Part shown: piece by piece, positions 37,374 to 47,131 of the stretch
Position numbering within the stretch: position 1 is the stretch's first letter
Layout: every line of letters starts with the position of its first letter
Origin: an uncultured Gemmatimonadales bacterium
GTDB taxonomy: Bacteria > Gemmatimonadota > Gemmatimonadetes > Longimicrobiales > Longimicrobiaceae
Assembly: GCA_963716255.1 (NCBI GenBank)
Contig: OY970303.1
Span: 7,168,001 to 7,232,000 of the forward strand
Direction of reading: 5' to 3'
Length of the DNA: 64,000 nt
Made by a program: the position numbers and the translations under genes
The notes under the pieces: generated by a model
Told to the model about the DNA's origin: nothing
The model's input: the letters and a program-made list of their open reading frames with translations, nothing else
The model's database searches: none

Positions 37374-39472
37374 TCGGGGGGGCGCTGCGCCGGCTGCGGG
37401 AGCTCCCGCCGGGCGAATGGCCGCTCCGCGCCGCGGAGCGTGCCCGGCGCGAGGGCGCCGCCGCGTGGCGGCGCCTGGCGGACCGGCTCCGCCCCTCGTA
37501 CGAGCGCGCGATCCCCGGCCCCCTGCTGCGCATCCTCCCCGCGCCCCCGCTGGACGCGCTGCGCCCGCACGCGCCGGCAATCGCGGCGGCGTGCGCGCGC
37601 GACCTCGCGCACGAGTTCGACCTGCTGGGTTCCGGGCCGGTGGCCGTGCGCCACGGCGCCGAAGTGCCGGGTGTGGAGGGCCGGCGCTATCCGCCGGAGC
37701 CGCGTCCGGGCCCGCGCGTCAACGCGGCCAACCGCGCCGAGTCCCGCAGGATCCGCGCGCTGATCCCCGCGGGGTACGAGCCCGTCGACTGGCAGCTCGA
37801 CTTCCGGAGCGGCTTCCGCTGGGACGAGTCCACGTGGTTCCGCGACGTCGCTATCGGGCACCTGCCGGGGGTGGACGTCAAGGTGCCGTGGGAGCTGTCG
37901 CGCATGCAGCACCTCCCGCGGCTGGCCTGCGCCCACGCCCTGGCCGCCGCCGGCGAGCCCGGCTTCGAGGCGCCGGCGCGCTACGCGGACGAGTTCCGCT
38001 GCCAGCTGCTCGACTGGATCGCGGCGAATCCCCCGAGGTGGGGGGTCAACTGGCGGATGCCGATGGACGTGGCGCTCCGCGTGGTGAGCTGGCTCGCGGC
38101 GTGGGACCTGTTCGCCGCGCAGGGGGTGCGCTTCGACGCGGCCTTCGCGGAGGTGTTCCGGCGCGCGGTGCGGGAGCACGCCCTGCACGTGGTCGCCCAC
38201 CTGGAGTGGAACCGGGAGGTCCGCGGCAACCACTACCTTGCCGACGTCGCCGGGCTGCTCTTCTGCGCGGCCTACCTGCCGCGCACGCCGCGGACGGACG
38301 CCTGGCTCGCCTGGTCCGTGCAGGAGCTGGGCGCGGAGACGGCGCTCCAGTTCACCCCCGACGGCGCGGGGTTCGAGGCGTCCACGGCGTACCACTGCCT
38401 GTCCATGGAGATGGTGGCGTGGGCGACCGCCCTGGTGCGGGGCCTCCCCGCGGACAAGGCGCGGGCGCTCGCCGGGGCCCGCCCGCGGGAGTGGAAGCGC
38501 CGCCCCCCGCTCCGCCCGGACGCCGCGCTCCCGGCGGACCACGCCCTCCGCATCCGCCGCATGGTGGAGTTCGCCGCGGCGCTCACCCGGCCCGGCGGGG
38601 GGATGGCGCGCATCGGCGATGACGACAGCGGCCGCTTCCTCCCGCTCCGCCCCGGCGGCGGCGCGCCCGCGCCCGCCGAGCCGCTGGCCGTGGCTGCGGC
38701 GCTGTGCGGTCCGCCCGACCGGCGGGAGCCCGCCGCGGCGCTGGTCGCGGACTGGATCGGCCCGCAACCCCACGTCCGTCTCCCGCCCGCTCCCGACGTG
38801 CGCCTGCACTCCCGGGAGGACGAGCCTGGCGAGCCGGACGACTCGGCGTCGATCGGGATCGTCCTCCCCGGCGGAGGGGCGCGGCGGGAGCTGCGCCTGT
38901 GGGCCTTCCCCGACTTCGGCGTGTACGTGCTACGCTCCGCGCGGCTGTGGATCTCGGTCCGCTGCGGCGGGCGGGGGCAGATCGCGCTCGCGGGGCACGC
39001 GCACGAGGACCAGCTCGCCGTGGAGCTCGCCATCGACGGCGCGGAGGTGGTGGTAGACCCGGGCACGTACCTGTACACCGCGCTCCCGGAGGCGCGGGAG
39101 CGGTACCGCTCGGCCGCCACGCACTGGACGCCGCGCACGGAGCCGCCGCTCCCGCAGGCGCGCCGGGGTCCCACCCTGTTCGAGCTGCACGACCGCGCGC
39201 TGGCCCGCTGCCTCCGCTGGGACGAGGACGGGTTCGCGGGTGTCCTGGAAATCGGCGGCGTCCGCGTCCGCCGGGAGATCGCGGTGGAGGACGACGTGCT
39301 GCGCGTCACCGACTCCGTCCGCGGACCCGGGCACCACGTGCTGTGTCCGTTCCCGGAGCCGACCGTGGAGGCTTCCCCGGCGTACGGCGCGCGCGAGCCC
39401 GAGGGGTCGGCGGCCCGGCGCCTGGCGCGGCTGCGGCCGGCCGGGCCGGGGCGGTGGGAGTGGCGGGGGTAG
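37370..39472 (+). CDS. Heparinase II/III-like (alginate-lyase-fold) protein
   Basis: DVKVPWELSRMQH, NPP.WGVNW, NHYLAD, EASTAYH, IGDDDSG, GHAHED and DPGTYLY motifs. Confidence 0.9.
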   Translation: MIGGALRRLRELPPGEWPLRAAERARREGAAAWRRLADRLRPSYERAIPGPLLRILPAPPLDALRPHAPAIAAACARDLAHEFDLLGSGPVAVRHGAEVPGVEGRRYPPEPRPGPRVNAANRAESRRIRALIPAGYEPVDWQLDFRSGFRWDESTWFRDVAIGHLPGVDVKVPWELSRMQHLPRLACAHALAAAGEPGFEAPARYADEFRCQLLDWIAANPPRWGVNWRMPMDVALRVVSWLAAWDLFAAQGVRFDAAFAEVFRRAVREHALHVVAHLEWNREVRGNHYLADVAGLLFCAAYLPRTPRTDAWLAWSVQELGAETALQFTPDGAGFEASTAYHCLSMEMVAWATALVRGLPADKARALAGARPREWKRRPPLRPDAALPADHALRIRRMVEFAAALTRPGGGMARIGDDDSGRFLPLRPGGGAPAPAEPLAVAAALCGPPDRREPAAALVADWIGPQPHVRLPPAPDVRLHSREDEPGEPDDSASIGIVLPGGGARRELRLWAFPDFGVYVLRSARLWISVRCGGRGQIALAGHAHEDQLAVELAIDGAEVVVDPGTYLYTALPEARERYRSAATHWTPRTEPPLPQARRGPTLFELHDRALARCLRWDEDGFAGVLEIGGVRVRREIAVEDDVLRVTDSVRGPGHHVLCPFPEPTVEASPAYGAREPEGSAARRLARLRPAGPGRWEWRG

Positions 39473-39534
39473 GGAGTCGCGCGGAATCCGTGTGAGTCGG
39501 GCGACGGCTGTATCTCGCGGTCGCGTCGGAGCCT

Positions 39535-39682
39535 GCGTAAGGGATGTCGGCCCGAAGGGGCGAGACCGCGCGGCACCTCAGTTCAGAGGTGCTGGCGCGG
39601 GCTCGACTCCGTTACGCAGCGTTGTTTGCTGCGTTACGGAGCCGAAGCCCGACCCCGGCGCAGCCGGGGGCACGCCCGAACC
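39535..39682 (+). repeat. Structured repeat family A, copy 9 (no leader, extended arm)
   Basis: Family A scaffold with a GCACCTC/GAGGTGC stem added in one loop. Confidence 0.92.
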
Positions 39683-39780
39683 GGTCAGTTGCCGTTCCAA
39701 AGTTGCCCCCCCCAACCCGTTCGTACATATTTCCCAGCTCCGCCCGTCCTCCTCGCCACGCCGCGGTCCGGCGCTCCAAA

Positions 39781-41127
39781 GTGAAGCTCCTCGTCGTTTC
39801 CTACTGGTACCCGCCCTCCGTCTCGCCGCGCGCCTTCCGCTGGTCGGCGCTGGCGGAGCACTGGGCGGCGCGCGGGTGGGAGGTGCACGTGGTGGCCGGG
39901 TGGAGCCCGGAGCTGGCGCGCCGCGAGCGCGTGGGCGGGGTGGAGGTGTACCGGCCGGGGGTCCACGTCCGCGGTACGGCGCGGCGCCTCCTGGGACGGT
40001 GGCGGGGCGGGGCGCCCCCCCGCGGCGGGAGCGCCGCGGCCGTGAGCCCGCCGCCGCTCGCCCGCGCCGCGCGCTGGCTCTACGAGCGCAGCTGGGGGCG
40101 CGTGTGCTGGCCGGACGACGCCGGGCTGTGGATCCCGGCCGCGGCCCGCCTGGCGGCGCGGCTGGTGGACGCCCACCGCTTCGACGCGCTGGTCACCGTG
40201 TCGCACCCGTTCAGCGCGCACCTGGTGGGCGTCCTGGTGCACGGGCGCATGGGCGGTGTGCCGTGGGTGGCCGACGTGGGCGACCCCTTCGCCTTCCTCG
40301 CGGACACCCCGGTCAACAACCACGCGCTGTACGGCGCCCTCAACCGCGCCGCCGAGGCCGCCGTCCTCCGCCGCTGCACCGCCGCCGCCGTGACGGTGGA
40401 GGGCGCGCGCGCGGCGTACGCGCGCCACTTCCCCGGGTCCGCGGCCAAGCTGCGGGTGATCCCCCCGCTCCTCGCCCCCGCGCGCCTCGACCCGGCGCCG
40501 GCCTTCGCCGCGGACGGCGCGCTCCGCCTGGTGTTTTCCGGCAACCTGTACTCGCGCGTGCGGACCCCGGACTTCGCGCTGCGCCTGGCGGCCGCGCTCC
40601 GCGGGCGGGTGCCGGGGCGGCGGGTGGAGCTGCACTTCTTCGGCAACGTGCGGCAGTGCGCGGCGAGCTTCGCTCCCTACGGGGCGGAGCTGGGGTGCAC
40701 CCTCTTCCTCCACGGCGTGGTGGACCGCGCCGAGGCGCTGCGCGCCCTGCGCGACGCCGACGTGCTGGTGAACCTGGGGAACCGCACCTCCTACCAGCTC
40801 CCCAGCAAGACGGTGGAGTACGTCGCCGCCGGCAGGCCGGTGCTCAACCTGGTGCCCGGAGGCGGGGACACCTCGGCGGCGTTCTTCGAGGGGTACCCGG
40901 CCGCGCTCACCGTGGCCGAGGAGCCCGGCGGGCCGGACGGCGCCACCGTGGACCGCGTGGCGGCGTGGATCGCGGGGGCCGCCCCGCTCTCCCCGCGCGA
41001 GGTGGAGCGCTGGACCGCCGCGCACCTGCCGGCCACGGTGGCCGCGGCGTACGAGGCGCTGCTGCGGGTCGGCGTCCGCGCCCCCCGCCCCGGGGTGCTC
41101 GCCGCGGCGGGGGAGGGCGCGCAGTGA
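39781..41127 (+). CDS. GT4-like glycosyltransferase
   Basis: LLVVSYWYPP, FSGNLY and QLPSKTVEY motifs. Confidence 0.82.
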   Translation: MKLLVVSYWYPPSVSPRAFRWSALAEHWAARGWEVHVVAGWSPELARRERVGGVEVYRPGVHVRGTARRLLGRWRGGAPPRGGSAAAVSPPPLARAARWLYERSWGRVCWPDDAGLWIPAAARLAARLVDAHRFDALVTVSHPFSAHLVGVLVHGRMGGVPWVADVGDPFAFLADTPVNNHALYGALNRAAEAAVLRRCTAAAVTVEGARAAYARHFPGSAAKLRVIPPLLAPARLDPAPAFAADGALRLVFSGNLYSRVRTPDFALRLAAALRGRVPGRRVELHFFGNVRQCAASFAPYGAELGCTLFLHGVVDRAEALRALRDADVLVNLGNRTSYQLPSKTVEYVAAGRPVLNLVPGGGDTSAAFFEGYPAALTVAEEPGGPDGATVDRVAAWIAGAAPLSPREVERWTAAHLPATVAAAYEALLRVGVRAPRPGVLAAAGEGAQ

Positions 41128-42476
41128 AGGTTCTCCACCTCCCCTTCGGCTACGCCCCGGACCCGCCCGGCGGAACCGAGGCGTACGTGCGCGGGCTCTG
41201 CGCCGCGCTCCGCGCGCGCGGGGTGGAGTGCGCCGTCGCCGCGCCCGCCACCGGCGAGCCGGGGCGCTACGAGGTGGACGGGGTGAGCGTCCACCGCTTC
41301 GGCTTCGACCCCACCGACGACCCGCGCGCGCTGCACGGGCCCGGGTGCGCGCGCGCGGTGCGCGAGGCGATGGAGGTGGTGCGCGCGGAGGGGGCGGACG
41401 TGGTGCACCTGCACGCGTATACGCGCGCCGTCTCGCCCGCGCTGGCGCACGCGGCGCGCGCGGCGGGGATCCGCGTGGTCTTCACCTACCACACGCCGCA
41501 GGCCACCTGCGGGCGCGGCTCGCTGCTGGAATGGGGGCGCACCCCCTGCGACGGGCGCATGGATCCCGCTCGCTGCGCCGCCTGCGTGCTCCATGCGCGC
41601 GGGCTGTCCGCGGGCGCCAGCCGCGTGGTGGCCCGCACCCCCGCCGCCGTGGGCGCCGCCATCGGGGCCGCGGGCGCGCGGGGCCGGGTGTGGACGGCGC
41701 TGCGCATGGCCGAGCTGACCCGTCACCACGCGCGGATGTTCCGGCGGCTGGTGGAGGCCGCCGACGCCGTGGTCGTGCTCGCCCGGTGGAGCGAGGCCGT
41801 GATGCGCGCCAACGGCGTCCCCGCCGGCAAGGTGGTGGTGTCGCGCCCCGCGCTCGCGCGCGGGCTCCCCGCCGCTCCCCCGCCGCCCCGCGCGGCGGGC
41901 GCGCCGCTGCGGGTGTGCTTCGTGGGGCGGGTGGACCGGGTCAAGGGGCTCGCCGGGCTGGTCGCCGCGGTCCGCGCCGCCCCCGGCGCGCCGCTGCGGC
42001 TGGACGTGTACGCCGCGGCCGCCCCGGGCGCCGAAGCGCTGGAGGCCGAGCTGCGCGCCGCCGCGGCCCCCGACCCGCGCATCCGCTTCGCGGGTCCGCT
42101 CCCCCCGGAGCGGGTGGTGGAGACGATCGCGGAATACGACCTGCTCGCGGTCCCCTCCGAGGTGCTGGAGACCGGCCCGCTGGTGGTGCTGGAGGCGTTC
42201 GCGGCCGGCGTGCCCGTGCTGGGGAGCGACCTGGGCGGGATCGCCGAGCTGGTGAGGGCGGGGACGGACGGGGTGCTGGCCGCGCCCGGCTCCCTCGCCG
42301 CGTGGCGCGGCGCGCTCGAGCGCCTGGCGGGGGACCCCGCCGAGGTGGCCCGCCTGCGCGCCGGGGTGCGCCCCCCGCGGACCATGGCCGCCGCCGCCGC
42401 GGAGATGGAAGCGCTCTACCGCCGCCTGACCGGGAGCGCCGCCGCCCGGGCCCTCCCGGAGGAGGCGGCGCGATGA
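41124..42476 (+). CDS. GT4 glycosyltransferase
   Basis: GGTEAY, FVGRVDRVKG and ETGPLVVLEAFAAG motifs. Confidence 0.9.
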   Translation: MKVLHLPFGYAPDPPGGTEAYVRGLCAALRARGVECAVAAPATGEPGRYEVDGVSVHRFGFDPTDDPRALHGPGCARAVREAMEVVRAEGADVVHLHAYTRAVSPALAHAARAAGIRVVFTYHTPQATCGRGSLLEWGRTPCDGRMDPARCAACVLHARGLSAGASRVVARTPAAVGAAIGAAGARGRVWTALRMAELTRHHARMFRRLVEAADAVVVLARWSEAVMRANGVPAGKVVVSRPALARGLPAAPPPPRAAGAPLRVCFVGRVDRVKGLAGLVAAVRAAPGAPLRLDVYAAAAPGAEALEAELRAAAAPDPRIRFAGPLPPERVVETIAEYDLLAVPSEVLETGPLVVLEAFAAGVPVLGSDLGGIAELVRAGTDGVLAAPGSLAAWRGALERLAGDPAEVARLRAGVRPPRTMAAAAAEMEALYRRLTGSAAARALPEEAAR

Positions 42477-43651
42477 GCGGCCCCCGGGTCCTCCACCTCC
42501 AGTACGCCAACCCCGCCTCGTACCCGCCGCTGGAGCACGCCGCCCGCATCCTCGCCGGCCGCGGCGCGCGCGTCCGCTTCCTGGGTGTGCACGTGGGCGA
42601 GGTGCGCGCGCTGCGCTTCGCCGAGCGGGACGGGGTGGAGGTCCGCCTCCTCCCCGAGTGCCCGCCCGGGCCCAGGCAGAAGCTGCACTACCTGTGGTTC
42701 GTGGCGTGGGCGCTCTGGCACGTGCTGCGCTGGCGGCCGGACGCCGTGTACGTGTCGGACGTCACGGCGGCGCCGGCCGGGCTGCTCCTGCAGCGCGTCT
42801 CCGGGGTGCCGGTCGTGTACCACGAGCACGACGCGCCCCCCGCCTCGCTGGGGCGGCGGCGCTGGGGCCGCGTGTGCCTGGGCGCCCGCGGCCGGCTGGC
42901 CGCGGGCGCCGCGATGGTCGTGGTCCCCAACGCCGAACGCGCCCGCCTCCTCGCCGGGGAGAGCGGGGGCGCGCCCGCGGTGCACGTGGCGTGGAACTGC
43001 CCGGAGCGCGCCGAGGCGGTGCGGCCGCGACAGGCGGCGGACGGCCCGCTCCGCCTGGTCTTCCACGGCTCCATCGTCCCCGAGCGGCTCCCGCTCGCCG
43101 TGCTGGACGCCATGGCGCGCGCCGGGGCCCCCGTGGAGATGAGCGTCGCGGGCTACGAGCCCGCCGGCGGGCGCGGGTACAGCGACGCGCTGCGGGCGCG
43201 CGCCGCGGAGCTGGGGATGGGGGAGCGGGTCCGCTTCGCCGGGCCCGTCCGCCACCGCGCCGACCTCCTCCGCCTGTGCGCCGAGCACGACGCCGGCTTC
43301 GCGCTCATGCCGACGGTGTCCGACGACGTCAACCTGCGCTGGATGGCCGGCGCGTCCAACAAGCCCTTCGACTACCTGGCCTGCGGCGTGTGCCCCATCG
43401 TCTCCGACCTCCCCGAGTGGCGGCTCGCGTTCGTGGAGCCGGGGTACGCGCTCGCCTGCGACCCCGCCGACGCGGACAGCATCGCGGCGGCGCTGCGCTG
43501 GGCCGCCGCCCACCGGACGGAGCTGCGCGCCATGGCCGAGGCCGGCCGGCGCCGGGTGCTGGAGGACTGGAACTACGAGCACCAGTTCCGCCCCGTGGCC
43601 GACGTGCTGTGCGCCACCCCGGCGCGCCGCCGCGCGGAGACCCTCGCGTGA
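42473..43651 (+). CDS. GT4 glycosyltransferase
   Basis: YPPLEH, YHEHD and ASNKPFDYLACG motifs. Confidence 0.85.
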   Translation: MSGPRVLHLQYANPASYPPLEHAARILAGRGARVRFLGVHVGEVRALRFAERDGVEVRLLPECPPGPRQKLHYLWFVAWALWHVLRWRPDAVYVSDVTAAPAGLLLQRVSGVPVVYHEHDAPPASLGRRRWGRVCLGARGRLAAGAAMVVVPNAERARLLAGESGGAPAVHVAWNCPERAEAVRPRQAADGPLRLVFHGSIVPERLPLAVLDAMARAGAPVEMSVAGYEPAGGRGYSDALRARAAELGMGERVRFAGPVRHRADLLRLCAEHDAGFALMPTVSDDVNLRWMAGASNKPFDYLACGVCPIVSDLPEWRLAFVEPGYALACDPADADSIAAALRWAAAHRTELRAMAEAGRRRVLEDWNYEHQFRPVADVLCATPARRRAETLA

Positions 43652-44817
43652 AGGTGGCGATGGTGGTGGGAGGGCGATACTTCGCCTTCGACATCGCGCG
43701 CGAGCTGCAGGCGCGCGGCGCGCTGGGCGGCGTGGCGTCGTCGTACGCCCTCGCCCCGCGCGAGGGGATCGCCCGGCGGCTCCTGCGCTGGAACCCCGCG
43801 CCCGACCTGCTGCGGCGCGCGGAGAGCCGTGTCTTCAGCACCCCCGGCACCGTGCTCGACCTGCGCTCCGCCACGCGCTTCGGGCGGTGGGCGGCGCGCC
43901 ACGTCCCCCCGGGCGACGTGGTGCACGCCTGGACCGGCTCCGCGCTGGAAACGCTGGCGGTCGCGCGCGAGCGCGGCTCGCTGGGGGTGGCGGTGCGGGC
44001 CAGCGCGCACGTCCGCGCCCAGGCGGCGATCCTGGAGGACGAGTTCGGGCGCTTCGGGTGGGACGCGCCGACGGTGGACCCGGCGATGGTCGAGCGCGAG
44101 TGCGCCGAGTACGACCGCGCGGACGCGGTGCACGTGTTCTCCACCTTCGCGCTGCGCACCTTCCTGGAGCAGGGCTTCCCGGCCGGGCGGCTGGTGATGA
44201 CCCCCATCGGGGTGGACGCCGGCGAGGTGGCCGCCGCGGACGGTCCGCCGCCGCCGCGCCCCGGCCCGCTGCGGGTGCTCGCGCTGGGGCACGTGGGGGT
44301 GCGCAAGGGGACGCACTACCTGCTGCGGGCGGCCCGGATGCTGGGCGCGCGCGGGGTGGCGGTGTCGCTGGTGGGGGGGCTCGCCCCGGAGGGCGGGGAG
44401 ATCCTGCGCCGCTACGGGCGCCCCGGCGAATGGCGGGGCGGGGTGCCGCGCAGCGCCCTGCGGCGCGTCTTCGCCGAGCACGACGTCCTGGTGCTCGCGT
44501 CGGTGGAGGACGGCTTCGGCGCGGTGGTCTGCGAGGCGATGGCCGCCGGCATCCCGGTGGTGGCGACGCGCAACACCGGCGCGCCCGACGTGGTGCGCGA
44601 GGGCGAGACGGGCTTGCTGGTCCCCGCCGGCTCCGCCGAAGCGCTCGCCGCGGCGCTGGCCACCCTCGCCGCCGACCGCGAGCGCTGCCGCGCCATGGGG
44701 CTCGCCGCCGCCGAGGCGATGCGCGCGCAGCGCACCTGGGGCCACATGGTGGACGAAATGCTCGCCGCGTACGGAGCGCTCGCCGGGCGGCGTGAGGAGG
44801 CGGCGTGCGCGTCCTGA
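43648..44817 (+). CDS. GT4 glycosyltransferase
   Basis: GVD, RKG and EDGFGAVVCEAMAAG motifs. Confidence 0.9.
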   Translation: MKVAMVVGGRYFAFDIARELQARGALGGVASSYALAPREGIARRLLRWNPAPDLLRRAESRVFSTPGTVLDLRSATRFGRWAARHVPPGDVVHAWTGSALETLAVARERGSLGVAVRASAHVRAQAAILEDEFGRFGWDAPTVDPAMVERECAEYDRADAVHVFSTFALRTFLEQGFPAGRLVMTPIGVDAGEVAAADGPPPPRPGPLRVLALGHVGVRKGTHYLLRAARMLGARGVAVSLVGGLAPEGGEILRRYGRPGEWRGGVPRSALRRVFAEHDVLVLASVEDGFGAVVCEAMAAGIPVVATRNTGAPDVVREGETGLLVPAGSAEALAAALATLAADRERCRAMGLAAAEAMRAQRTWGHMVDEMLAAYGALAGRREEAACAS

Positions 44818-45851
44818 TCGTGGGCGAGGAGGCGCCGGGCGCCCTGGCGGACTCGTACGCGCGCGCCTTCCGCTCGCTGGGGGCGGAGGTCGCGCGCCTG
44901 TGTACGCGCCGCGGGGCGCGGCTGGGCGTGCCCGGCGCCGGCACCCGGGCCGGGCGGCGGCTCCTGGCCCCGCTGGCCGCGCGGGCGCTCAACCGGCGCG
45001 TGCGCCGGGCGGCGCGGGAGGGCGCCGACCTGGTCCTGGTGGTCAAGGGCGCGGAGCTGGAGGCGGCGACCGTCGCCGCGCTGCGCCGCGAGACGGGGGC
45101 GCCGGTGGTCAACGTCTACCCGGACGACCCGTTCTCCACCCTGCGCTCCAACCGGCTGCGCCACGGCCCGGCCGTGCTGCGGGAGTACACCCGCTGCTTC
45201 ACCTTCGCGCGCCACCTGGTGGACGCGTACGCCCGCGCCGGCGCCGCCGTGTCGTACCTCCCCTTCGCCTGGGACGAGCGGCTGCACGCCCCTCGCCCCG
45301 CCCCGGAGGGGGGCGAGACGCTGGACGCCGTGTTCGTGGGGAACCTGGACGCGGAGCGCATCCGCTGGCTGGAGGCCGTGGACCCGGCCCGCCTGGCCGT
45401 CTTCGGCGAGCACACGCGCGCCGCCCTCCCCCGGGGGAGCCGCCTGGCGCGCGCCCGCTTCTTCCCCGCCGTCTACGGACCCGACATGGCCGCGCTCCTG
45501 GCGCGCTCCCGCATCTCCCTCAACGTGATGCGGGCGCAGAACGCGGCCAGCCACAACATGCGCAGCTGGGAGTCGCCCGCGTGCGGCGCCTTCACCCTGA
45601 GCCAGCGCACCGCGGAGCTGGCGGAGCTCTTTTGCGACGGCGAGGAGGTCGCGCTCGCCGCCACCCCCGCCGCGCTGGGCGAGGCGGTGGAGCACTGGCT
45701 GACGCTCCCGGACGAGCGCGCCCGCATCGCCGCGGGCGGGCTGCGGCGCGTGGCCGGGGAAAGCTACGCCGCGCGCGCCGCCACCATCCTGCGCGAGGTG
45801 GGGCTCGCCGCGGGCGAGTCCGCTCCCGCCGCGCCCGGGAGCGCCGCGTGA
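44805..45851 (+). CDS. CgeB-like (Glyco_trans_1_2) glycosyltransferase
   Basis: YPDDP, VFVG, SRISLN and HNMRSWESPACG motifs. Confidence 0.82.
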   Translation: MRVLIVGEEAPGALADSYARAFRSLGAEVARLCTRRGARLGVPGAGTRAGRRLLAPLAARALNRRVRRAAREGADLVLVVKGAELEAATVAALRRETGAPVVNVYPDDPFSTLRSNRLRHGPAVLREYTRCFTFARHLVDAYARAGAAVSYLPFAWDERLHAPRPAPEGGETLDAVFVGNLDAERIRWLEAVDPARLAVFGEHTRAALPRGSRLARARFFPAVYGPDMAALLARSRISLNVMRAQNAASHNMRSWESPACGAFTLSQRTAELAELFCDGEEVALAATPAALGEAVEHWLTLPDERARIAAGGLRRVAGESYAARAATILREVGLAAGESAPAAPGSAA

Positions 45852-47131
45852 GCGTCGCCGCGAGCCCCGGGCCGGCGCCCGCGCCGCCGGCCGCGGCGGA
45901 GGGGCCGCTGCGCCTGGCGGTGTTCACCAGCCACCCCATCCAGTACCAGGCGCCGCTCTTCCGCGCCCTGGCCTCGCGCCCCGGGGTGGAGCCCACCGTG
46001 TACTTCGGCTCGCGGCACGGGCTGGACGAGGCGACGGACCGGGAGTTCGGGACCGCCTTCCGCTGGGACGTTCCCCTGGTGGACGGGTACGCGCACGTCT
46101 TCCTGCCCAACCGGGCGCGGCGCCCGGACGTCAGCCGCTTCGGGGGGATCCGGGTGCCGGACGTGGCGCGCCACTGGGCGGCCGGGCGCTTCGACGCGGC
46201 GCTGGTGCTGGGGTGGCAGAGCGTGGGGCACCTGCAGGCCATGCGCGCCGCCCACGCCGCCGGCATCCCCCTGCTCGTCCGCGGCGAGTCGCACCTGGGG
46301 ACGGGGGAGGGGAGCGGGGTCCGCGCGCGGCTGCGCCGGGCGCTGTGGCACCCCGTGCGGGAGCGCGTCTACCGCCGCATGCTCGGGCGGGCGGCGGGGG
46401 TGGTCGCCATCGGCACGCGCAACGCGGAGTTCTACCGGCACTTCGGCGTCGCCGAGGACCGCCTGCACCTGGCGCCGTACTGCGTGGACAACCGCCGGTT
46501 CGCGCTGGACGACGGGGAGCGCCGCCGGGCGCGCGCCGAGCTGCGCGCCGCGTGGGGCGTGGCCGGCGGCGCGACGGTGTTCGTGGCCTCGGGGAAGCTG
46601 GTTCCCCGGAAGCGGCCGCTGGACGTGGCCGCCGCCGCGGCGCTCGCCGCCGCCGCCGGGCACGACGTGCACGTGGTGTTCGTGGGCGACGGCGAGGAGC
46701 GAGCGGCGCTCCTCGCCCGCGCGGCCGCGCTGGGGATCGCCCACCGGGTGCGCGTCGCCGGCTTCGTGAACCAGCGGGAGCTTCCCCGCTGGTACGCCGC
46801 CGCGGACGCCCTGGTGCTGGCGTCGGAGGCGAGCGAGACGTGGGGGCTGGTGGTGAACGAGGCGATGGCCGCGGGGCTTCCCGTGCTGGTGAGCGCGGCG
46901 GCGGGGTGCGCGCCGGACCTGGTGCGCGAGGACGTCAACGGGTGGACCTTTCCGGCCGGGGAAGTGGACGCGCTGGCGGGGCGCATGGGCGCGCTCGCCG
47001 CCCTCCCGGCGGAGGCCCGCGCGGCCATGGGCGCGGCGTCGCGCGCGGTGGTGGGCGAGGCCACCGTGGAGCGCGCCGCCGGGGTGGTGGAGCGCGCGGC
47101 GCGCGGCGCCGCGGCGCGGAGGGGCGCGTGA
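45848..47131 (+). CDS. GT4 glycosyltransferase
   Basis: SHPIQYQAP, GKLVPRKRP and ETWGLVVNEAMA motifs. Confidence 0.92.
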   Translation: MSVAASPGPAPAPPAAAEGPLRLAVFTSHPIQYQAPLFRALASRPGVEPTVYFGSRHGLDEATDREFGTAFRWDVPLVDGYAHVFLPNRARRPDVSRFGGIRVPDVARHWAAGRFDAALVLGWQSVGHLQAMRAAHAAGIPLLVRGESHLGTGEGSGVRARLRRALWHPVRERVYRRMLGRAAGVVAIGTRNAEFYRHFGVAEDRLHLAPYCVDNRRFALDDGERRRARAELRAAWGVAGGATVFVASGKLVPRKRPLDVAAAAALAAAAGHDVHVVFVGDGEERAALLARAAALGIAHRVRVAGFVNQRELPRWYAAADALVLASEASETWGLVVNEAMAAGLPVLVSAAAGCAPDLVREDVNGWTFPAGEVDALAGRMGALAALPAEARAAMGAASRAVVGEATVERAAGVVERAARGAAARRGA

